A DNA stretch of 43,903 nt from Nemertoderma westbladi (taxonomy: Eukaryota; Animalia; Xenacoelomorpha): assembly GCA_032718475.1 (NCBI GenBank), contig JAUCBJ010005758.1, forward strand, positions 1 through 43,903. The letters are read 5' to 3'. Below the pieces are notes generated by a model that saw nothing but the letters and a program-made list of their open reading frames with translations, was not told the DNA's origin and did no database searches. Made by a program: the position numbers and the translations under genes. This document shows positions 12,391 to 23,616 of this stretch, piece by piece (position 1 is the first letter of the stretch; each line of letters opens with the position of its first letter).

Positions 12391-12461
12391 TACTACTAGG
12401 ATCGGCATGCTGCATTGTAGCTGCATTTTTAAGAATGCTGTGCCGGCTTATCGACAAAAAG
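12391..12461 (-). mobile_element. 71-bp 5'-truncated RTE-like LINE tail insertion
   Basis: 12391-12459 is the reverse complement of 29362-29430 (one mismatch in 69 bp), including the (TAG)n tail. A 10-bp TSD GAGATTTTCT lies at 12381-12390 and 12462-12471. Confidence 0.9.
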
Positions 12462-13182
12462 GAGATTTTCTAAAAGGAGAGTCAAAAAGATTCAAAAAGG
12501 AGAGGTTCCGATACTGAACACACTGACAGAATACTGCAAAAGTATACGAAGACAGGTAAGACAGGTGTAATAAGAAACTGAAGCACTGCAAATTTATAGC
12601 TGACGAAATATGTATGACGCAATAATCATCTCATTGGTCCAACAAACCCTGCCACCATTAGACTAACCTAAAACAGCTGGGCCAATGGGGAAGCCGGATT
12701 GTGATCTCTTCTGCCCCATTTTGCAAGTTATTACAATATATGGTAATGAAATCTGTCCCGGTGGGCTTATAGGTTTGTGGCCGATGTTGTTGGTTTAATA
12801 GGTGCAGCCCACCTATTCTCAAAAAAACAAACAAGGCAAGGAGTTGGGATTTACAATATAGGCCAAAAATGCATATGCCTTTCTTGATGCATCACAGAAT
12901 ATAAACAATTCCGAAATGTTGGATATGTTATCCCGAAATAAGTTTACGCAATTTTTTAACATAAACATTTTTCTCAATAATGTTAAAGTCTGGAAAACAC
13001 CTTCGGCTGAATTGAGATACAGAAGGGAAGTTACTGGAGGGCCATTCTATGCCTTTAAAAGGCAAACGGACTTGGTAATGAGGGAATTATTCTTGGGAAA
13101 CTACTGGTGGTGGGTAAGGAGTACAATCTACATCTTGTTATATTACCCCAACTGCCTCTAAATTCCAGTACTAGTCCTTCTA

Positions 13183-16100
13183 GTACCACTGCCCCTCGTA
13201 GCTGCCCCTCGTAGCTGCCCCTCGTAGTCGTACCACTGCCCCTCGTAGTCGTACCACTGCCCCCCGTACCGCTGCCCCTCGTACCGCTGCCCCTTGTACC
13301 ACTGCCCCTCTTAGTCGTACCACTTCCCCTTGTAGTCGTACCACTGCCCCTCGTAGTCATACCACTGCCCCTCGTAGTCGTACCGCTGCCCCTCGTAGTC
13401 GAAACGCTGCCCCTCGTAGTCGTACCACTGCCCCTCATACCACTGCCCCCCCGTACTGCTGCCCCTCGTCACTGCCCCCTGTACCGCTGCCCCTCGTACC
13501 GCTGCCCCTCGTACTGCTGCCCCCCGTACCGCTGCCCCTCGTACTGCTGCCCCTCGTACCGCTGCACCTCGTACCGTTGCCCCTCGTACCACTGCCCCTT
13601 GTAGTCGTACCACTGCCCCTCGTAGTCATACCACTGCCCCTTGTAGTTGTACCACTGCCCCCCGTACCGCTGCCCCTCGTACCAGTGCCCCCCGTACCGC
13701 TGCCCCTCGTACTGCTGCCCCTCGTACCGCTGCACCTCGTACCGTTGCCCCTCGTACCACTGCCCCTTGTAGTCGTACCACTGCCCCTCGTAGTCATACC
13801 ACTGCCCCTTGTAGTTGTACCACTGCCCCCCGTACCGCTGCCCCTCGTACCAGTGCCCCCCGTACCGCTGCCCCTCGTACTGCTGCCCCTCGTACCGCTG
13901 CACCTCGTACCGTTGCCCCTCGTACCGTTGCCCCTCGTACCACTGCCCCTTGTAGTCGTACCACTGCCCCTCGTACTGCTGCCCCTCGTACCGCTGCACC
14001 TCGTACCGCTGCCCCTCGTACCGCTGCCCCTTATAGTCGTACCACTGCCCCTCATACCACTGCCCCCCGTACTGCTGCCCCTCGTACCACTGCCCCCTTA
14101 CCACTGCCTATTGTACCACTGCCCCTCGTACCGCTGCACCTCGTACCGCTGCCCCTCGTAGTCGTACCACTGCCCCTTGTAGTCGTACCACTGCCCCTCG
14201 TAGTCGTACCACTGCCCCTCGTAGTCGTACCACTGCCCCTTGTAGTTGTACCACTGCCCCTCGTAGTCGTACCACTGCCCCTCGTAGTCGTACCGCTGCC
14301 CCTCGTAGTCGTACCACTGCCCCTTGTAGTTGTACCACTGCCCCTCGTAGTCATACCACTGCCCCTCGTAGTCGTACCGCTGCCCCTCGTAGTCGTACCA
14401 CTGCCCCTTGTAGTTGTACCACTGCCCCTCGTAGTCATACCACTGCCCCTCGTAGTCGTACCACTGCCCCTCGTAGTCGTACCGCTGCCCCTCGTAGTCG
14501 TACCACTTCCCCTTGTAGTCGTACCACTGCCCCTTGTAGTTGTACCACTGCCCCTCGTAGTCGTACCACTGCCCCTCGTAGTCGTACCACTGCCCCTTGT
14601 AGTTGTACCACTGCCCCTCGTAGTCATACCACTGCCCCTCGTAGTCGTACCGCTGCCCCTCGTAGTCGTACCACTGCCCCTTGTAGTTGTACCACTGCCC
14701 CTCGTAGTCATACCACTGCCCCTCGTAGTCGTACCGCTGCCCCTCGTAGTCGTACCACTGCCCCTTGTAGTTGTACCACTGCCCCCCATACCGCTGCCCC
14801 TCATAACACTGCCCCCTGTACCGCTGCCCCTCGTACCACTGCCCCTCGTAGTCGTACCACTGCCCCTCGTAGTCGTACCGCTGCCCCTCGTAGTCGTACC
14901 ACTTCCCCTTGTAGTCGTACCACTGCCCCTTGTAGTTGTACCACTGCCCCTCGTAGTCGTACCACTGCCCCTCGTAGTCGTACCGCTGCCCCTCGTAGTC
15001 GTACCACTGCCCCTTGTAGTTGTACCACTGCCCCTCGTAGTCATACCACTGCCCCTCGTAGTCGTACCGCTGCCCCTCGTAGTCGTACCACTTCCCCTTG
15101 TAGTCATACCACTGCCCCTCGTAGTCGTACCGCTGCCCCTCGTAGTCGTACCACTGCCCCTTGTAGTTGTACCACTGCCCCTCGTAGTCATACCACTGCC
15201 CCTCGTAGTCGTACCACTGCCCCTCGTAGTCGTACCGCTGCCCCTCGTAGTCGTACCACTTCCCCTTGTAGTCGTACCACTGCCCCTTGTAGTTGTACCA
15301 CTGCCCCTCGTAGTCGTACCACTGCCCCTCGTAGTCGTACCACTGCCCCTTGTAGTTGTACCACTGCCCCTCGTAGTCATACCACTGCCCCTCGTAGTCG
15401 TACCGCTGCCCCTCGTAGTCGTACCACTGCCCCTTGTAGTTGTACCACTGCCCCTCGTAGTCATACCACTGCCCCTCGTAGTCGTACCGCTGCCCCTCGT
15501 AGTCGTACCACTGCCCCTTGTAGTTGTACCACTGCCCCCCATACCGCTGCCCCTCATAACACTGCCCCCTGTACCGCTGCCCCTCGTACCACTGCCCCTC
15601 GTAGTCGTACCACTGCCCCTCGTAGTCGTACCGCTGCCCCTCGTAGTCGTACCACTTCCCCTTGTAGTCGTACCACTGCCCCTTGTAGTTGTACCACTGC
15701 CCCTCGTAGTCGTACCACTGCCCCTCGTAGTCGTACCGCTGCCCCTCGTAGTCGTACCACTGCCCCTTGTAGTTGTACCACTGCCCCTCGTAGTCATACC
15801 ACTGCCCCTCGTAGTCGTACCGCTGCCCCTCGTAGTCGTACCACTGCCCCTTGTAGTCGTACCGCTGCCCCTCGTAGTCGTACCACTGCCCCCCATACCG
15901 CTGCCCCTCATAACACTGCCCCCTGTACCGCTGCCCCTCGTACTGCTGCCCCTCATAACACTGCCACCTGTACCGCTGCCCCTCGTACCACTGCCCCTTG
16001 TAGTCGTACCGCTGCCCCTCGTAGTCGTACCACTGCCCCTCGTAGTCATACCACTGCCCCTCGTAGTCGTACCGCTGCCCCTCGTAGTCGTACCACTGCC

Positions 16101-19100
16101 CCTTGTAGTCGTACCACTGCCCCTCGTAGTCGTACCACTGCCCCTTGTAGTCGTACCACTGCCCCTCGTAATCGTACCACTGCCCCTTGTAGTCGTACCA
16201 CTGCCCCTCGTAGTCGTACCACTGCCCCTCGTAGTCGTACCACTGCCCCTTGTAGTTGTACCACTGCCCCTCGTAGTCGTACCACTGCCCCTCGTAGTCG
16301 TACCGCTGCCCCTCGTAGTCGTACCACTGCCCCTTGTAGTTGTACCACTGCCCCTCGTAGTCATACCACTGCCCCTCGTAGTCGTACCGCTGCCCCTCGT
16401 AGTCGTACCACTGCCCCTTGTAGTTGTACCACTGCCCCTCGTAGTCATACCACTGCCCCTCGTAGTCGTACCACTGCCCCTCGTAGTCGTACCGCTGCCC
16501 CTCGTAGTCGTACCACTTCCCCTTGTAGTCGTACCACTGCCCCTTGTAGTTGTACCACTGCCCCTCGTAGTCGTACCACTGCCCCCTCGTAGTCGTACCG
16601 CTGCCCCTCGTAGTCGTACCACTGCCCCTTGTAGTTGTACCACTGCCCCTCGTAGTCATACCACTGCCCCTCGTAGTCGTACCGCTGCCCCTCGTAGTCG
16701 TACCACTGCCCCTTGTAGTTGTACCACTGCCCCTCGTAGTCATACCACTGCCCCTCGTAGTCGTACCGCTGCCCCTCGTAGTCGTACCACTGCCCCTTGT
16801 AGTTGTACCACTGCCCCCCATACCGCTGCCCCTCATAACACTGCCCCCTGTACCGCTGCCCCTCGTACCACTGCCCCTCGTAGTCGTACCACTGCCCCTC
16901 GTAGTCGTACCGCTGCCCCTCGTAGTCGTACCACTTCCCCTTGTAGTCGTACCACTGCCCCTTGTAGTTGTACCACTGCCCCTCGTAGTCGTACCACTGC
17001 CCCTCGTAGTCGTACCGCTGCCCCTCGTAGTCGTACCACTGCCCGTTGTAGTTGTACCACTGCCCCTCGTAGTCATACCACTGCCCCTCGTAGTCGTACC
17101 GCTGCCCCTCGTAGTCGTACCACTGCCCCTTGTAGTCGTACCGCTGCCCCTCGTAGTCGTACCACTGCCCCCCATACCGCTGCCCCTCATAACACTGCCC
17201 CCTGTACCGCTGCCCCTCGTACTGCTGCCCCTCATAACACTGCCCCCTGTACCGCTGCCCCTCGTACCGCTGCCCCTTGTAGTCGTACCGCTGCCCCTCG
17301 TAGTCGTACCACTGCCCCTCGTAGTCATACCACTGCCCCTCGTAGTCGTACCGCTGCCCCTCGTAGTCGTACCACTGCCCCTTGTAGTCGTACCGCTGCC
17401 CCTCGTAGTCGTACCACTGCCCCTCGTAGTTGTACCACTGCCCCCCATACCGCTGCCCCTCATAACACTGCCCCCTGTACCGCTGCCCCTCGTACTGCTG
17501 CCCCTCATACCACTGCCCCCCGTACTGCTGCCCCTCGTACCACTGCCCCCTTACCACTGCCTATTGTACCACTGCCCCTCGTACCGCTGCACCTCGTACC
17601 GCTGCCCCTCGTAGTCGTACCACTGCCCCTTGTAGTTGTACCACTGCCCCTCGTAGTCATACCACTGCCCCTCGTAGTCGTACCGCTGCCCCTCGTAGTC
17701 GTACCACTGCCCCTTGTAGTCGTACCGCTGCCCCTCGTAGTCGTACCACTGCCCCTTGTAGTTGTACCACTGCCCCCCATACCGCTGCCCCTCATAACAC
17801 TGCCCCCTGTACCGCTGCCCCTCGTACTGCTGCCCCTCATAACACTGCCCCCTGTACCGCTGCCCCTCGTACTGCTGCCCCTCATACCACTGCCCCCCGT
17901 ACTGCTGCCCCTCGTACCACTGCCCCCTTACCACTGCCTATTGTACCACTGCCCCTCGTACCGCTGCACCTCGTACCGCTGCCCCTCGTAGTCGTACCAC
18001 TGCCCCTTGTAGTTGTACCACTGCCCCTCGTAGTCATACCACTGCCCCTCGTAGTCGTACCGCTGCCCCTCGTAGTTGTACCACTGCCCCTTGTAGTTGT
18101 ACCACTGCCCCCTATACCGCTGCCCCTCGTACCGCTGCACCTCGTACCGCTGCCCCTCGTAGTCGTACCACTGCCCCTTGTAGTTGTACCACTGCCCCTA
18201 GTAGTTGTACCACTGCCCCCTATACCGCTGCCCCTCGTACCGCTGCACCTCGTACCGCTGCCCCTCGTAGTCGTACCACTGCCCCTTGTAGTTGTACCAC
18301 TGCCCCCCATACCGCTGCCCCTCATAACACTGCCCCATGTACCGCTGCCCCTCGTACCACTGCCCCCTGTACCACTGCCCCTCGTAGTCGTACCACTGCC
18401 CCTTGTAGTTGTACCACTGCCCCCCATACCGCCGCCCCTCATACCACTGCCCCCTGTACCACTGCCCCTCGTAGTCGTACCACTGCCCCTTGTAGTTGTA
18501 CCACTGCCCCTTGTAGTCGTACCACTGCCCCTCGTAGTCGTACCGCTGCCCCTCGTAGTCGTACCACTGCCCCTTGTAGTTGTACCACTGCCCCCCATAC
18601 CGCTGCCCCTCATACCACTGCCCCCCATACCGCTGCCCCTCATACCACTGCCCCCCATACCGCTGCCCCTCGTACCGCTGCACCTCGTACCACTGCCCCT
18701 CGTAGTCGTACCACTGCCCCTTGTAGTTGTAACACTGCCCCTTGTAGTCGTACCACTGCCCCTCGTAGTCGTACCACTGCCCCTTGTAGTCGTACCACTG
18801 CCCCTCGTAGTCGTACCGCTGCCCCTCGTAGTCGTACCACTGCCCCTTGTAGTTGTACCACTGCCCCCCATACCGCTGCCCCTCATAACACTGCCCCCTG
18901 TACCACTGCCCCTCGTACCGCTGCACCTCGTACCACTGCCCCTCGTAGTCGTACCACTGCCCCTTGTAGTTGTACCACTGCCCCCCATACCGCTGCCCCT
19001 CATAACACTGCCCCCTGTACCGCTGCCCCTCGTACCGCTGCACCTCGTACCACTGCCCCTCGTAGTCGTACCACTGCCCCTTGTAGTTGTACCACTGCCC

Positions 19101-22100
19101 CTTGTAGTCGTACCACTGCCCCTCGTAGTCGTACCACTGCCCCTTGTAGTCGTACCACTGCCCCTCGTAGTCGTACCGCTGCCCCTTGTAGTTGTACCAC
19201 TGCCCCTTGTAGTCGTACCACTGCCCCTCGTAGTCGTACCACTGCCCCTTGTAGTCGTACCACTGCCCCTCGTAGTCGTACCGCTGCCCCTCGTAGTCGT
19301 ACCACTGCCCCCTGTACCACTGCCCCTCGTACCGCTGCACCTCGTACCACTGCCCCTCGTAGTCGTACCACTGCCCCTTGTAGTTGTACCACTGCCCCTT
19401 GTAGTCGTACCACTGCCCCTCGTAGTCGTACCACTGCCCCTTGTAGTCGTACCACTGCCCCTCGTAGTCGTACCGCTGCCCCTCGTAGTCGTACCACTGC
19501 CCCTTGTAGTTGTACCACTGCCCCCCATACCGCTGCCCCTCATACCACTGCCCCCTATACCGCTGCCCCTCGTACCGCTGCACCTCGTACCGCTGCCCCT
19601 CGTAGTCGTACCACTGCCCCTTGTAGTTGTACCACTGCCCCCCATACCACTGCCCCTCGTAGTCGTACCGCTGCCCCTCGTAGTCGTACCACTGCCCCTT
19701 GTAGTTGTACCACTGCCCCTTGTAGTCGTACCACTGCCCCTCGTAGTCGTACCGCTGCCCCTCGTAGTCGTACCGCTGCCCCTTGTAGTTGTACCACTGC
19801 CCCCCATACCGCTGCCCCTCATACCACTGCCCCCCATACCGCTGCCCCTCATACCACTGCCCCTCATACCACTGCCCCCCATACCGCTGCCCCTCATACC
19901 ACTGCCCCCCATACCGCGCCCCTCATACCACTGCCCCGCATACCACTGCCCCCCATACCGCTGCCCCTCATACCACTGCCCCTCATACCACTGCCCCCCA
20001 TACCGCTGCCCCTCATACCACTGCCCCCAATACCGCTGCCCCTCATACCACTGCCCCTCATACCACTGCCCCCCATACCGCTGCCCCTCATACCACTGCC
20101 CCCCATACCGCTGCCCCTCATACCACTGCCCCCCATACCGCTGCCCCTCGTACTGCTGCCCCTTGTAGTTGTACCACTGCCCCCCATACCGCTGCCCCTC
20201 ATACCACTGCCCCCCATACCGCTGCCCCTCATACCACTGCCCCTCATACCACTGCCCCCCATACCGCTGCCCCTCATACCACTGCCCCCCATACCGCTGC
20301 CCCTCATACCACTGCCCCTCATACCACTGCCCCCCATACCGCTGCCCCTCATACCACTGCCCCCCATACCGCTGCCCCTCATACCACTGCCCCCCATACC
20401 GCTGCCCCTCGTACCGTTGCACCTCGTACCGCTGCCCCTCATACCACTGCCCCCTATACCGCTGCCCCTCGTACCGCTGCACCTCGTACCGCTGCCCCTC
20501 GTAGTCGTACCACTGCCCCTTGTAGTTGTACCACTGCCCCTTGTAGTCGTACCACTGCCCCTCGTAGTCGTACCGCTGCCCCTCGTAGTCGTACCACTGC
20601 CCCTTGTAGTTGTACCACTGCCCCCCATACCGCTGCCCCTCATACCACTGCCCCCCATACCGCTGCCCCTCATACCACTGCCCCTCATACCACTGCCCCC
20701 CATACCGCTGCCCCTCATACCACTGCCCCCCATACCGCAGCCCCTCATACCACTGCCCCCTATACCGCTGCCCCTCGTACCGTTGCACCTCGTACCGCTG
20801 CCCCTCATACCACTGCCCCCTATACCGCTGCCCCTCGTACCGCTGCACCTCGTACCGCTGCCCCTCGTAGTCGTACCACTGCCCCTTGTAGTTGTACCAC
20901 TGCCCCTTGTAGTCGTACCACTGCCCCTCGTAGTCGTACCGCTGCCCCTCGTAGTCGTACCACTGCCCCTCGTAGTCGTACCACTGCCCCTTGTAGTTGT
21001 ACCGCTGCCCCTCGTACTGCTGCCCCTCGTACCGCTGCCCCTCGTACTGCTGCCCCCCATACCGTTGCCCCTCGTACCACTGCCCCTCATACCACTGCCC
21101 CATGTACCACTGCCCCATGTACCGCTGCCCCTCGTACCACTGCCCCATGTACCGCTGCACCTCGTACTGCTGCCCCATGTACCGCTGCCCCTCGTACTGC
21201 TGCCCCTCGTACCGCTGCACCTCGTACCGCTGCACCTCGTACCGCTGCACCTCGTACCGTTGCCCCTCGTACCACTGCCCCTCATACCACTGCCCCATGT
21301 ACCACTGCCCCGTGTACCGCTGCCCCTCGTACCACTGCCCCATGTACCGCTGCCCCTCGTACCGCTGCACCTCGTACCGCTGCACCTCGTACCGCTGCAC
21401 CTCGTACCGTTGCCCCTCGTACCACTGCCCCTCATACCACTGCCCCATGTACCACTGCCCCATGTACCGTTGCCCCTCGTACCGCTGCCCCTCGTACCAC
21501 TGCCCCTTGTAGTCATACCACTGCCCCTCGTAGTCGTACCGCTGCCCCTCGTAGTCGTACCACTGCCCCTCGTAGTCGTACCGCTGCCCCTCGTAGTCAT
21601 ACCACTGCCCCTCGTAGTCGTACCGCTGCCCCTCGTAGTCGTACCACTGCCCCATGTACCGCTGCCCCTCGTACTGCTGCCCCTCGTACCGCTGCACCTC
21701 GTACCGCTGCACCTCGTACCGCTGCACCTCGTACCGTTGCCCCTCGTACCACTGCCCCTCATACCACTGCCCCCCGTACTGCTGCCCCTCGTACCACTGC
21801 CCCCTTACCACTGCCTATTGTACCACTGCCCCCTGTACCGCTGCCCCTCGTACTGCTGCCCCTCGTACCGCTGCACCTCGTACCGCTGCACCTCGTACCG
21901 CTGCACCTCGTACCGTTGCCCCTCGTACCACTGCCCCTCATACCACTGCCCCCCGTACTGCTGCCCCTCGTACCACTGCCCCCTTACCACTGCCTATTGT
22001 ACCACTGCCCCCTGTACCGCTGCCCCTCGTACTGCTGCCCCTCGTACCGCTGCACCTCGTACCGTTGCCCCTCGTACCGCTGCACCTCGTACCGTTGCCC

Positions 22101-23292
22101 CTCGTACCACTGCCCCTCATACCACTGCCCCCCGTACTGCTGCCCCTCGTACCACTGCCCCCTTACCACTGCCTATTGTACCACTGCCCCCCGTACCGTT
22201 GCCCCTCGTACCACTGCCCCTCATACCACTGCCCCCCGTACTGCTGCCCCTCGTACCACTGCCCCCTTACCACTGCCTATTGTACCACTGCCCCCTGTAC
22301 CGCTGCCCCTCGTACCGCTGCACCTCGTACCGTTGCCCCTCGTACCACTGCCCCTCATACCACTGCCCCCCGTACTGCTGCCCCTCGTACCACTGCCCCC
22401 TTACCACTGCCTATTGTACCACTGCCCCCTGTACCGCTGCCCCTCGTACCACTGCCCCCCATACCGCTGCCCCTCGTACTGCTGCCCCTCGTACCGCTGC
22501 CCCTCGTACTGCTGCCCCTCGTAGTCGTACCACTGCCCCTTGTAGTTGTACCACTGCCCCCCATACCGCTGCCTATTGTACCACTGCCCCCCGTACTGCT
22601 GCCCCTCGTACCGCTGCCCCTCGTACCGCTGCCCCTCGTACTGCTGCCCCTCATACCACTGCCCCCCGTACTGCTGCCCCTCGTACCACTGCCCCCCTTA
22701 CCACTGCCTATTGTACCACTGCCCCCCGTACTGCTGCCCCTCGTACCGCTGCCCCTCGTACTGCTGCCCCTCATACCACTGCCCCCCGTACTGCTGCCCC
22801 TCGTACCACTGCCCCCTTACCACTGCCTATTGTACCACTGCCCCTCGTACCGTTGCCCCTCGTACCACTGCCCCTCATACCACTGCCCCCCGTACTGCTG
22901 CCCCTCGTACCACTGCCCCCTTACCACTGCCTATTGTACCACTGCCCCTCGTACCGTTGCCCCTCGTACCACTGCCCCTCATACCACTGCCCCCCGTACT
23001 GCTGCCCCTCGTACCACTGCCCCCTTACCACTGCCTATTGTACCACTGCCCCCTGTACCGCTGCCCCTCGTACCGCTGCACCTCGTACCGTTGCACCTCG
23101 TACCGCTGCACCTCGTACCACTGCCCCATGTACCGCTGCCCCTCGTACCACTGCCCCCTGTACCACTGCCCCTCGTACCGCTGCACCTCGTACCGCTGCC
23201 CCTCGTACCGCTGCACCTCGTACCGTTGCCCCTCGTAGCACTGCCCCTCGTATTGCTGCCATATACTGCTGCCCCTCGTACTTGCTGCCCCT
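13183..23292. repeat. ~10.1-kb compound satellite of 15-bp (GTACCACTGCCCCTC) and 21-bp (GTACCACTGCCCCTCGTAGTC) units
   Basis: Directly visible. It accounts for all the GSGTTTR / YEGQWYD / GAVVRLR / VPLPLVV / TTAPRSR ORFs in the track. Higher-order duplicated blocks are present. Confidence 0.97.
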
Positions 23293-23616
23293 GGGCCATA
23301 AACGCTGTTTTGGTGGAGGTGGTGGGTGGTTGATGGATGGATGGATGGAAACTATATTAATACATAAATTATTCTTATAACAATTATTAATAATACGAAG
23401 TTCTATATTATTAAGAAATATTCCATAATATATTGTATCTTGATAAATAAATATTTAAAATGTGGTTTGAAAAGTAAGAAATCAATAAAGGTATCTTTTT
23501 AGATTTGTCTTCAATTTAACTTCAACTTCCTAAGGTTCACCCTCTTATGTCTCTTCTATATTACCTCACGGGCAAAACCTAATTTGCTTTCAAATTTGAT
23601 ACCGATGACGTTCAAA

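Noticed and set aside
13183-23292. Telomeric repeat or CRISPR array
   Set aside because: It is interstitial with unique flanks on both sides, has no TTAGGG-type unit and has no spacers.
13055-23380. Dozens of long ORFs (up to 1309 aa) as separate protein-coding genes
   Set aside because: They overlap in five frames, switch peptide type at single-base indels, and follow automatically from stop-free 15/21-bp units. There is no signal peptide or unique domain. They are kept only as a hypothesis in the findings.
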